Position numbers and translations under genes: made by a program
Assembly (NCBI GenBank): GCA_030704615.1
Contig: CM060733.1
Coordinates: forward strand, 434,001 to 498,000
Reading direction: 5' to 3'
Source: Takakia lepidozioides
Lineage: Eukaryota; Plantae; Bryophyta
Length of the DNA stretch: 64,000 bases
Part shown: piece by piece, positions 26,501-39,064 of the stretch
How the letters are laid out: each line of letters begins with the position of its first letter
Numbering within the stretch: position 1 is the stretch's first letter
The notes under the pieces: generated by a model
The model's input: the letters and a program-made list of their open reading frames with translations, nothing else
Told to the model about the DNA's origin: nothing
The model's database searches: none

Positions 26501-28614
26501 GGCAAAGGGTTGTACATCACATATTAGGTGAATTCTTCTGTTAGAAGCCTAGACCTAATCATGATCTATGTCTTAGTATCTAACATGTAAAATGTTGACC
26601 TTTTAGTTAGTATGCACTTGAAAGTTGAAATGAAAGCTTATTTGCTCATCAAAGTTGAAGAGATATTGTCATGAGTAGAAATTAGTGTATTGTGTAACTT
26701 ACTTAAAAAAAGGTTTGTCTTTATGAACTTCATAGAATATTTCAGCTTGCTTCAATGTGAGTTGACACATCCGAATCTGTTTGACGATAAAACCATTGCT
26801 ATAAATGCATTCTAATATCTTGCCCGTTTCTTGTATCGCATCCGGCTTGATCATGGCCAATGTCCTAGAGGCCACTCGAAAATAGATGTTTTCTTAGTGC
26901 CCGGTCTTTGTTGAAGATTTTTTACAAGAGTGCATTTCAATGAATGAAAATAAATTATCTAATTACTTATTAAACTAGTAAAATTAAATAATAACCCTAA
27001 ACATATGATATCAGTTTTTTGCATCCTCTCAACTTCCATGTGTGCGTTTGTTGATTGTACTTAGCTAATTTAAAATACTTTCAAACTCTATAAATTATGA
27101 ACATATGTGATATGAGCATGTACATCATTAGAGTATAAAGTTCGAGTGGTGTACATACGATTCTTGCAAACCACGTAAGTGCTTCTTTGTGAACTCATCG
27201 GCGTAGTTTTCAATTAGAAGCTTGCGGGTGTAAACTAAGATTGTAGAGCCTATGAAAAGTTGTTCCAAGGTTATTGCCGGATAAGCTACCCTTCTCAAAA
27301 ACACTTTGTGGTTTTTAACATCATACTGCACACAATGGACACATAGAATATGGTGGAATTATGTCTATTTCTCCTTTTGTTCTTATCGTTCGATATTGAC
27401 TCTAACATTTCTATGCTAGCACTTATCAATCATGACGATGGTCCATTATATGCAACAATCACACTGAAAGCTGACACATATCTCATGTTTAGATTAAAGA
27501 AAACCATTCACATGCGAGTTTTAGTCCATCTTGGTTGATTGGCCAAATGTATATATATGGTGCAGAGCAAGAGACAAATTACCATTTCAATAGACCCGTC
27601 GCCCGTGTGATAAAAAAACTGATACATCCAAACAAGCTCAGTCATCGGATCCAACCATCGTACAAGAAATGCATAACGTGCCCCATCGTCTCTTGATTCC
27701 TACCCAACTCTTTCCCTCATTTGTTTTGGCTTTCTTTTATTCAAAGACAACATAATCAAGTCCCAATTTTTTGTCTTTCAAACATGCATTTAAAAGACTA
27801 TGAGTAATCTCATCAACAAGTGCTTAGATTAAGCATCATGTGTAGTGATGTATTACAAATTAATTCAAGAAATTAGAATAAATATAAATGCTCGAAGAGT
27901 TAATCATGATTCATGAGAAACAGTATGAACTAAGTTTATTGATTCCGTTTATGAGAACTTTTCTCATGCTTACACTTAGTATATACATACACTGTTTGAT
28001 CATAGTAAATATAATTTGGAGTGACTTATTTTGATCTAAAGCTTCAACGTTTGATCTGTCTTATCTGTTTGCAATGAAATGAAAATAAATAAAAATGCTA
28101 TAACTACGCAATAAGTTGTTTGAATATCAACATTTATATTATCTCTAGCTTATATCTGGTGAATGGAAACATGAATGCATCCATAACAAGAATTAGGGCC
28201 TTAAATCCCCTCGGTAAATATTGTACCATGATAGCACCAGAATGAGTGTTTTAAACCACCAGATCAAAACTCTCGTACTAGTAGGTCTTTTGCAAAAATC
28301 TTGGTCAACTTTGGATTCAAATAACTTGCGGCATAAAAAATGCTAAGATCTATTACATCAGTGACTGAAAGAGCCACACATGTTACAAAATATACTCCTT
28401 ACATATAATATAGATATGGATGTATCCAACTTAATTTTAGGTCTGCAACTAATTACTTTAAGAAAAATATTAGGAAGACATTGAAACATATGCATGAAGT
28501 TGTGGATTTGCTTGAAAACCTCAACATGCATTCTTCATCCATGGAGTGAAGAGGAAAATAGGGAGATGGGAATAGCCAGCCTACCAGGTTCTTCCTAACT
28601 CCTTCAGCTGACAT
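23529..28614 (-). CDS. NME7: Nucleoside diphosphate kinase 7 (DM10 plus two NDK domains; ciliary NME7/FAP67 homologue), multi-exon; first exon 28585-28614 tentative
   Basis: DM10 RYAFLVRWLDP..SIEMYDVKNHKVFLRR. NDK1 TLAMIKPDA..SGPVVAIEL..GPT..SLRAQFG..RNACHGSDS. NDK2 CTLGIVKPHA..FRDLCGPTDP..TIRAEFGINKVKNAIHCTD. Stop TAA at 23531-23529. Confidence 0.9.
24465..24554 (-). mobile_element. ~90-bp structured short retroposon, copy 1 (in NME7 intron)
   Basis: Similar to the copies at 29599 and 30911; 12-bp TSD ATGTAATGACTA (24453-24464 / 24555-24566). Confidence 0.85.
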
Positions 28615-29598
28615 CCGTGAACATCCATCCACCTTTGTTCATTTACAAATTTATTCGTCCAAAACTTCCCCATCATTCATCGTTTCCACATATTTAGATA
28701 TTTGCATCGATGAATGCGTCAAATTGATTCAATATCAAGAATTTTTTTTAAAGAAATAAAATAAACAATTCAGAGTGTGAAAGATATAAAGAAAATTTAA
28801 AAGAAACAGCCAGTTGAAAAAAACCAAAAAAAACGAATTAGGATAAATTATGTAGAAGAGAAACAAAGTAAAAAGATTACAAATAAGGGTTATAGAGCTA
28901 GAACTAGTTAGACTAGGAAAAAAAAAAAATCTAATCAAATTGCTTCTTTTATGAAAAACACGTCATCAGCCTTGTTTAAAAAACTCTTTCAATAAAATCC
29001 AATATCAACTAACAACGTGGAGAACAACTACAACAAGCAAAGTAGATTTGTCTTGCACATTCTAGAGGATCTAGTATAAGTTGATCCTTTAAGAATCTCC
29101 ACGGTGTCACGGTACCAGCCCAAAAACGGCAATCTAGCATGGCGGGGTCTTAGAAAGGCCCCGCAGCTTGTTCCATCGTTGACTCTGCCGGTAGAATTGT
29201 TGTAGGCCCCGCCTTAAATCTGCCTCCCGCACGGTACTTTTGCCAAGCATATAGGGACCCCGGCAACCACTGTACATTAAATTTGTGAGGTCATGAGATA
29301 TGATGTCCTCGGTCAACACGCCAAGATTGTGATCGAGCGGCGGGCCTGCGCCTTGGGGCTATCTCTGCCGGGTCTACTACCGTCCCAACCATGGAGTGTC
29401 AACCAAACAGTCCTTGTAAAAAATACCGTCACCCCTCTAACCATGGTATATAACGTTTGACGGGCCCTGCTCACCCTGGAGATGCTCTTACTACTGTGGC
29501 TAACATTGTAAAATCCAAACCTAAGTGGATGGGAAGATGGGCATTTCCCACCTCACTAAGGTTTTAGAAAAGAAGGTAGAATGACATGCTAGTTGAAA

Positions 29599-29682
29599 GA
29601 GAGAGAGAAAAGACTCCGGCCACAGCCGGCGTAACTAAGAGCCACTTCGCCTTGCGGCTACTGCCCCTTTTCAGGGGTGGGC
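29599..29682 (-). mobile_element. ~85-bp structured short retroposon, copy 2
   Basis: 11-bp TSD GCTAGTTGAAA (29588-29598 / 29683-29693); (TC)n tail on the minus strand. Confidence 0.85.
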
Positions 29683-30910
29683 GCTAGTTGAAAAAATATA
29701 TATAGGTCTAGCTCGAGGGATCAAGAAGATCTTACTTGTTCTTTCTCTTCAAACACTAGATATACCAAGTAAGAGACCACCATAATTAGTCAATGAGGGG
29801 TGTTTGCAGGGATGTTGATTAAACTCTCTAACACCTTTAAAGTGCAGCCAGCCAAAGAAGATCCTTGCATTTAATACAACAAAAAGACAAATGCTTAGCC
29901 TTCATGTTGTCTCTTCCGCAAACATGTAGAAGAAACAAGCTTAAAAGTAAGGGTTGGAACCTCACATGGTCCCATCACAAACACCCACAAATGTCAAAAC
30001 CAATATATTAGAGTGATTGTTGTGGAATACCGTAGTATAGGGGTCATTTCGACACAAATTTTAGTATTTCAAAGATTGTTGAAAATTTTGGAAATTGATT
30101 TTGTGAAATTAAATAACTTTGTGAATGATAATAGATTATATTTGGGAATGTTCCATATGTTGAAATGGAATTCTCAAAATAAAATAAAAAATCGACAGAA
30201 GATGTTGAAATGGCCCATGTACTCAGGTATTAGGTAGCTTACAGCCTAGCCCATTTGTTATTGATGTCCAGTCTTAAGGCAATTTATCTACAGGCTAGAA
30301 GAGATGGATGAGAGAAAGCAAGCTACCAATCAAGCTTTCTATAAAACAACCAACCATTAACCCATTTAAGTCCTCCACTTGACAAGATGAAACAAAATAT
30401 TGCTATGGCAATGTCTGTCATCAAAACTGAGCTGGAAAAGAAAAAACTTTGATCAAGTGTGCAATGGTACCACAAGAACAACCTCTATTCTTGCTCAGCC
30501 TCATCTAGAACTAAAATAAGATGGCTAAATTAATGCCAACAGTCCCATAAATAGTGAAGGTAAAGAACTCATTATCCTATTATTTATTGTTTAGGTGTCA
30601 GTTAGGGAAGGCTAGGTGGTTAGGCATATGGGGGAGCCACTTTGCAATTATGATGAGATTAGCATCAGCTATGGAGGAGCTGCAAAACCAATTGAAAACA
30701 ATAAAGATTCGTCTATGGAAACTAGGGGGTGGGGTGGAGAGAAAGAGAGCTGAGAGAGACCCGCCACCAACCCTTTCAGGTATACAAGGCTTTCAATGAA
30801 TGAATGTCGTGTACACTCAAGTCTCACACCAAAGGATATCGTTCTAGAAAGATATTTTGACTTGGGATCTAATCTCCACATGATATTGGATCTAGATATA
30901 TACCCATTTA

Positions 30911-30998
30911 TATAGGGCCCACCCCCGAAAGGGGGTAGTAGCCGCTAGGCGAAGTGGCTCTTAGTTACACCGGCTTCGGCCGGAGTCTTCTCCCTCTT
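30911..30998 (+). mobile_element. ~88-bp structured short retroposon, copy 3
   Basis: 12-bp TSD TATACCCATTTA (30899-30910 / 30999-31010); TC-rich tail. Confidence 0.85.
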
Positions 30999-31447
30999 TA
31001 TACCCATTTAACTGGCGGTTCTCAAAAATTCCAAAGCTCGTAGGTGACATAAATCTTGCTAGTATTCATGATTGGAGTTCCAAGATTAGTTTTCTAAATT
31101 TTGAAAACATCAAAACCGAAAGATATGACAGAAATAAAAAATCCATCCAACATTCAATAATTTTATATTAGTTGTTTGAAATTTTGGCGATGGTAGAAAT
31201 TTCTTAATTAATATAGATGATACAATGAAATATTGGCTTTACATGAAAAACCAAAAATATCTGATTTTAGGATATTTTTGTTCAAAGACCAGTTTGGCAC
31301 ATATTAACTACATGTTTAGCGAAAATTCATAATGAAGCAAAAACAATGAGAGAGAGATATATATATATAAGTTTGTATTTGAGGAAAGTGAGGAAGTTGA
31401 TTTTGCCATTTGATGTAACATTGAGAAAGGACCACAATCAATGTTAT

Positions 31448-31503
31448 TTATATATATACATATATATATATACATATATATATATACATATATATATATA
31501 TAT
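31448..31503. repeat. (TA)n microsatellite
   Basis: Direct TA dinucleotide run with CA interruptions. Confidence 0.9.
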
Positions 31504-32977
31504 TTTTCAAAAATATAGTTCATCTTTTTCCTGGTCTTTGTGAACATTTTTAAGGTTTGTTTTGTTTTGTTTTAGAATGCCATGCATATTCTTCTGATGA
31601 AGACATAGACTGTGAAGGAGAAATTTTATGTACCAAAAATGCTCATTTAATCATAATACTAGACATGAATGAAAACGAAATAAAAAGGAATAGGGTCTAT
31701 CGCCTCGGAGAAAATCTTGTACCACTCTGATTTGAATGATATAATAAACAAATATTGAGGTATGTGTTCGATTAGACAAGAGACTTGACTATCGTCTAGG
31801 TGTACCCATTTCATAAACTGATATTTAGGATCTACTTAGCATGCAATTAACCATCAAGAACATCTCAACATGCAATTAACTCAATAAATGCTAGACCATG
31901 CATCTCTTCGCTGCATCACACTCCTTTGGGAGTGGTAGTTGATGTGCATATTAATTTATTTACTTTGCTAATTACTTGCATGCTAAACTGGCGGTGTTGA
32001 TGGAGGAAGCTAAACACAACATATAGATGGCTCAAGATACTCAACCACATTATTACAACTCGAAAGTCAATTACTCCGATTAGTTTGTTTTATGACGTGT
32101 GCCCTGCAGCAATAGGGCCATATATTTCCGGCAAGAAAAAGGTGAAAGTAGTTGGCCCATATTTGTTGAACTTGAGATGTTGTCAAGACTATGATATCGT
32201 CTTTTACCTCAACATACAAGTGCTTCAATGATTGTTGACTCTATCAATGTCTTTGAACTGATCCATTCAAGTTTGCAGCTGGAATTTAACTTGATCTACA
32301 TCAATTTGGAAGGCTGCCGCTTTATAATCCACCTCACACCCAAGGCCACACCTGATCTGTCTCTTTGTAACTCTTAGGCATCTTCTTTGTATAATATAAC
32401 ACTTATTACGGGTAATTTATGTATTGACCCAGGGTTTTCCTTGCCCATGTAAGTTTTATCACATTGGATTTTATATGAAGAGGTTCTTCCAACTCATGAT
32501 CATGCTCCACCCCTCTGGCATAGTTAGCTTTTGCATTGGATTTTTTTTTTAGATCACAACTTTTATGGTTAGTGATTTTCTCTTCCATTCTAGCAAGATT
32601 TTAGCTGCATAACTACGATGTCAGCCTAGCCCCGGGCACAAAAAAGACGTCCCTTCACAAGGAGCGATCAAATTTTGTTGCGCCTCTAATTGACACCTTT
32701 GTCTTTTCCTACAGTGGGTCCACAGCCTTACATAATGCTATTGATTTCCATCCAAAGTAAGTTAGATTTTCGGAGAGGGAATGATTTTTGACATCTTCAT
32801 CCAAAACTTATATTAATTGTCATTTATTATGTCATGGGCCCACATGCCAATTGAGCGGGAGATTGGTTAACGTAGAAAATGATATGAACGACAAAAAGAA
32901 GCCCATTTCTTAACCATAATGAGCAATTCAGTTGTGGTAATGTTGTGTAACAATTTTTTCTGTGAGCACGCGTGTAG

Positions 32978-33960
32978 AACAACAGACATGATGGACTATA
33001 CGTAGACTTACAGAAAGGTTGTAGACATGGAAATTCTCATTTTTTTCGCTATCAGTGCACACAAATATGAACAAAACATTGTAGAAGGTAGTGCCACCAC
33101 GATCGTGGTTACTAGCACTTGTAGATACTGTTGGCCTAAGTTTTTTTTTTGTGCCTTAGTTGCATGAGCCTTGAGGCCAAATCCACGATTGTTGAAGATC
33201 GAGGCTTGAAATGGATGTATATAAGGCTCCCCCCCCCCACCCCCCCAAAAAAAAAACAAAAAATTAGGCCAACAATATTTGCAAAGGCCGGAAACAACCG
33301 TGGTAGCAGTAGCTTCTGCAGTGTTGTGTTTGGTTCATATTTGTGCATTGATAGTGAAAAAATAGAGTCTATCTATCTAACAATCGTTTTTTTGTTTTTT
33401 GTTTTTTTGTTTTGTTTGTTTTTTAAAAAAATTGCCTTAGTTGCATGAGGCCAAATCCACGATCGTTAATGATCGAGGAAAATGGACATATATAAGGCCT
33501 ATTTGTTTTAAGAAAAAAACCTTAGGCCAACAATATTTGCAGGTGTTGGGGACCATGATTGTGATAGATAGGGAGAGTCTAATTTTTTTCATTGATATTG
33601 TCAACGATCGTGGTACCCAGCACCCTGCAAATATTGTTGGCCTACAATTTTTTTTAAACTTTAAATTTTGTTTAAAAACAAATTTCCCTTTTGTCTTAGC
33701 TATATGAGGCCAAATCCATGATCGTTGACGACCGACACGGACAAATATAGGGCCCCGGAATATTATTAATAAATAAATAAATTTATTAAAAAAAAAACTT
33801 AGGCCAACAATATTTGCAAGTGTTGGGAACCATCGTGATAGCACTGCCTTCTAAAGTGCTGAGCACTGTTACAGGAAAAAGTAAGAGTCTTCATGGACCT
33901 ACAACAATTCTGTCAGTCTCATTATAGTCCATAATGTCTGTTGTTGCTGCAACAGACATG
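32978..33960. mobile_element. Non-autonomous ~1-kb element with ~90-bp imperfect inverted ends, internal repeats and a 3' hairpin
   Basis: Left end AACAACAGACATGATGGACTATA..TCAGTGC versus right end GCACTGTT..TATAGTCCATAATGTCTGTTGTT. Internal AGGCCAACAATATTTGC and GAGGCCAAATCCAYGAT repeats occur in both orientations. Confidence 0.7.
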
Positions 33961-34659
33961 TTTGGAATGCTTTCATCATTGAAAAAGTCATGAGTGCCAT
34001 TCTTGATTTCTTCTAGTCCGACCATGGCAATCACGGATATTTTGCTAGATTGGAGCCCTATACATTTTCTAAAGTGTGGATGGTACCCAACCCATGTTTT
34101 TCAGGTGAAGTAAAGCCAGAAAGCACTCAAATTTTGTGGGCTACGACACGCCCTTATAAAAAAGCAGTGAAAAAAACGAAAAAAAAACCAGAAAGTGCAC
34201 GTTCCCTGGCTGAGTGGCACCATAAAGCACCAACAGAACCACACGTTGGCGCCTGGGAACCCGATCCCGTGGTATCCGCCATCCAACGGTCGGCGCTGCC
34301 TGTTGGCGTGGCAGTCGTGGGGGATCTCGCCACGTGTTGCGCCATGGGCCGTCCGTTCCCCAAGCGTTTTAGGGCTGGAGGGGGTGATCGTCGCCACTGC
34401 GCGGCGGCTGTCACTCTGAGTTCATCGCCTACTATGTTGTGCCTTGAGTTCATGTGCGTCGCCAGGTTCGTTTAGTGTGCGCTTGTTTGTATAAGGTAAA
34501 AAAGGGGGAATGGTATGTAACAAATGATTGCAAGCACAAGAAGAATGTCGCTTTATATAATGCCCGTGCTCCCACCGTGCAGTACTGGAACATATTGTTG
34601 TCCACAACACGGGTGAGAGGGCTAGAAAGAGAGTCCAATTTGTTATTCTTCTTTATTTG

Positions 34660-36575
34660 CTTTCAGGGAGCTGACCCATGACAGAGTATGAGAGAATGCA
34701 AGATTTGTATGAGTATTTGGAGGTCCAGAACAGCCCCAAAATGCATTGGAATGCTACAAGTGGATGGATTATGGCAGAGTTCATGTATAATGAGGTTCAA
34801 CAGGCTATGTTGACTTCTGTAAGAGCTGCTAGATTTGTTGCCTTGACTTGTGATGAGGTAACCTTTGTGGACAATGGCTCGTGGATCAACGTCCATGCAT
34901 ACATTGTGTAGAACTAGGTAAGAATTCCCATGATGATCTCTCTCCAAAAAATTGTGGACAAGAGCAGGGCTGATAACCTCACTCTAGTAATAATGGATTC
35001 ATTGCAAAAGGGTAGAGGGCTCACCGAATCTTCTGTAGCTCAGAAATTGCTTTGTTTTGGGGCTGATGGTGTGAGCACCTTCCAAGGTGTGAGGAATGGT
35101 GTCACAAAGCAAATTGCATCCAAGCATGTTCCCTTCTGTATGGGGGTGCATTGCATGGCACATAGGTGCAATTTGGCCTTCAAGACACTATCCCAGTTGA
35201 CAATTGTTAGATGCATTGAGACTTTGCTTAAGACCATCCATGCCTATTTTGCACACAGCCCCAAAAGACACTTGGAGTTCACCAAGCTTGCAGACATGAT
35301 GGAAACAAAGGGTCTGAAAATGCTTCGGAATGTGAAAACGCGGTGGGTGTCCATCATTGAACCAATGAAGCGGATTTTGGTGGAGTACAGACCCATCTTG
35401 GCCAAAATGCAGATCGATAAGACGGACAACAAAGCTACAAAGGTATGGTTAGAATTTGTTGGCTTTTGTGCATGTTTTATCATGTTGTGCATGTTTATGA
35501 TTAAGTTCATTCGGCATTTCTGATGTGGTGTGTGGCAGGGTTTGCTACCTTTGTTATGTGACTCATACACCATGTTGGGTATGTGTTTGTTTATATTGTG
35601 AATGGGGAGCAAGTGTGGGCTGACCATGTATCTGCTGCATCCATGCCCATTGTGCATGTGGCTGGTGCTGATGACTTGGTGACAGTGGAGGTACAAGTAG
35701 GGCAGGGTGTGGATGGGGCTGAAGTGGAGAGTCCGCGGAACTATGTGAATAAGGACTTATGGGGCAACCTTGTGGCCAAAGCCAAAAATGAGTGTTCAGG
35801 TAATATTTAACTGCCATGCCCCTTGAAATTTGGTTACCATTGTTGCTGCTATGAATGTCCAGGCTCTAAAATACATGGTGCATGTCTTTGGGGGGCGGTG
35901 GGGGTAGACTTGTTTGTTGTTTAAATATTTTGATTTTTTTGCTCTAACTTAAGCGCATATGGGTGTGCAGTTGCAGCCATGCAACTTGTGGAGGAGCTGA
36001 ATATCAGATTTCCTCAGCACTCAGTGCTTGATGCCATGAGAATTGTGTACCCACAGTACTGGTTGCAATCAGGGGCTGAGGATAGTTTTAGGAAGCACCT
36101 TGAGGTGCTCAAGAGCTGGTATGGTGAGGCTAGAGTTTTTGGCGAGGGGGCTGATCAGAAAACAGTTCAGCCCACCCTCAATCGCTGGGACTTGGACTCC
36201 CAACAAGTATGTTCAAGTTGAGTATTAAATCCAATGCTTTTGCAGCCATGGAACCCCCCCTTTGACGTCAACCCTCTCACAAAGATCTGGAGAACTATTC
36301 ATTCCTCTTGTGTACTAACTCATGCATTCCCGGAGTATGTCAAACTTGCAGAGATCGCGATGGTGCATGTCTTGGGCAGCGTTGAGGATGAGCGATGCTT
36401 TTCATCTTTGGCATTTTTTAAGAACAAGTTGCGGTCTGGCCTGGATCTCCACCTAGCGGTGGTGGTGGGTATGTATGGCCAGAAATTCTTTGGCCTACGT
36501 GATTTCCCGTACGAATCATGCTTCAACAAGTGGAGTGGAGTGGTGCCTCGTGGCCGTTATGGTGTCTCTGCTTAG
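34660..36575 (+). pseudogene. hAT-superfamily transposase remnant with C-terminal dimerisation domain
   Basis: ALTCDEVT, FGADG, VHCMAHR, KTRW and GSVEDERCFSSL..KNKLRS motifs; stops and frameshifts; TIRs not identified. Confidence 0.88.
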
Positions 36576-39064
36576 AATTACAGAGTTTCGTTTGTGCTGG
36601 AGGGAAGATTCAAGAACCCCTATGTTTCCATCATCTCCGCGAGTGTAGTGAAAAATATCGACGTTGACATTTGGTATTTGGGCAATTTTCATTTGGGCAT
36701 GCTGCCTGGACAATCTGTTTTGGACTTGGTAGCCTAGTATTAGTTCCCCAAGTGCATGTTCTGATTGCAAGAGGCATCACTGTTGTCTCTGCAAGTTCAA
36801 ATTGAGTTTTTCGCATATGTAACTCAATGCCTTTTGGGCCCAAAACGCAATATATTTATTTAATTTGAGTACGAGGGCCTCCATCCCCCTTTTTATTTAA
36901 AAAAAAACATGAAAAAATCTATAATTGCCACGTGTCCTATCCGGCTATGGAGCCAGATTAATGACATTGGCCTTTTTATGGTAGCCACTTTGCTGCAATA
37001 TAAGGGCCATTCGAGCCAGGTTTATCTGCCCTGCTTTGAACATGTGTCGCCCTTGAAATGTCTTCTTGGTTATATATGGTCGTCATATTGCGACAGTATG
37101 GTGCATAGCTGTAGCCACGTACGATCCAGGTGGAAAACAACTGGTTTGCCACCTACGCACTCTACCCCACCAGTTTGTAGCCACATGGCCGATGTACATG
37201 AAATGAAAGAAAATGGGTTGATGGTACCTGCAAGGATTACCCCCTTCACGAGTTGACCTAAGATAATCATAACGACAATGCTAGTACCGCTCTTGCACCA
37301 CTTTGTGATGGGAGATTCATGAGTGCAACATACAAGCATTGGCCCGTGTGAGCTTGTCAAAGAGGGCACTCCATAGAAGACCAAAAAAGACAAGCATAAA
37401 CTAAAAGAGAATGAGACTGAGCAGCTTATGGCCCAACAATGTACCCCTCAACGGTTGGGCAACAATCAGACTTATGCCCAGAAAGAAAATGGATTACCTT
37501 GGCTAGTGGAGCGTTCCTACAATGTCTATCCCCACCTTGTGAGAGTCATTTTGCCAAGCCAACAGAAGCTTGTCAACGAGAGTCCTCGCCATGACAAAGA
37601 CTCGACACGACTCCTACACTAGTTCCTACATGATGATAAAGTGTATTTGTTGAAGTGAACTCCCTCTACATATAGTTATGCACACAGATCTATTTCCACA
37701 ATCATCCATTTCGGTGACAAGGACGATAAATTTGCGAAAATTGGTATAAATCTACGACAATCGGTGTAAATCCGTGGTAATGGGGCCAACACTTTGAAGT
37801 GTTGGAACATGAGCTTGCCTAGGCTCACAAGTTCACGGGCTCACAGGCTCATGGGGGCTAGGCTCACGTTCTAGCATCCCCCAGATTTTAGCATCTATCT
37901 TGCTCTTCGCAGGAGACCTGAGGCCGCCAACATTGTATATGCTTAAATTCTACAATGGGGTTATTCTTGAATCAGAGCTCTAGCACATTCACTACGTAAT
38001 ATCCTGTCCTTGACGGCCTACTTTTGCCTAGACACGTAACATATGAGTATAATGTGCTATACTTGGTACTTCTAGCACAATCTTAGCCTTACTATTTATC
38101 AATTGGTATGCTTCATTAGTGCCACATAAAGGAGGCCGATTAAAAGAATCGTTGTGGTTTGACGACGGACGATTTTTCTAGGTATACAATTAACTGTATA
38201 GCGATGTATTCTTGAGAGGCCATGTGTGTTGAAAGTGATATCTTTATGTATGAATCTTGTTCTCTCTAGGAAGTCTACTTGAAGTTAGTGTGACAACACC
38301 CCCCAATTTCTTTATGTTGAAGAGAAAGAACATCTCATTGTAGCCCCAAAATCAAGCATTACAAAGGAGGAAGAGATGCCCACCCAAACTGCATGGACGC
38401 TAAGCCATAAAACTTGTTTAGCCTTGCCATGCAAGGATTATGGTGACGGTTAAATTAGTCCAAGAAATTAAAGAGATACTAGAGATGAAACAAGCTAAAG
38501 AAACATTGGAGAGACCATGAAACATGCGGTTGTATTTTCGATATTAGAAATGATCTAAATAGATGAGCCCATTCTTACATGCAATGAGGTTCCATATGCA
38601 AATTCTTTCCAAAACCCAACTGCATATAAGTTCACAGTAGAAAGTGTATAACTTTTATCCGTCAATGATTGATTGTGTACACTTTCAATCCTTCCATGGT
38701 GTTGACATATTTGTCAACTTCATGAAATGGTTGAATATAAAGAAATATGTATTGAAGGTGGTCCTTCAACCTACTCTCTACGTATACTTCACCACTCGGA
38801 AGGTAATGGAATGGCCGACGAGTATAATTGTCTCACCTCTAGAATCTATACAATGGGGTTCCACCAAACGACAACATGGCGCCAATTCACCTCCGGATGG
38901 TCACCAACGTGCGGGGAGTGACCAATTTGAGGGAGTGACTAATTTGAGGGGAATGGGTATCATGCCAGAGGTGGCGCATTTTTGACATGTTGGTGTGGAG
39001 AATGTCGTTTTGGCCTAGGTGTTATCAAACTGCGAAAAAATCTACACCCATCTCCTTAAACCTC

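Noticed and set aside
27700-27720. In-frame TAG after an ATG, suggesting NME7 is a pseudogene
   Set aside because: The TAG fits a splice acceptor, a phase-0 upstream exon (MSAEGVRKNL, 28585-28614) is available, and the other exons read open.
29105-29505. Possible solo LTR (TGTCAC...AACA, GC-richer island); similar hint at 14506-14900
   Set aside because: No matching TSD, PBS/PPT or second copy in the window.
30911-30998. Hammerhead or twister ribozyme call for the micro-retroposon
   Set aside because: The CUGAnGA/GAAA core and twister consensus nucleotides are not present on either strand.
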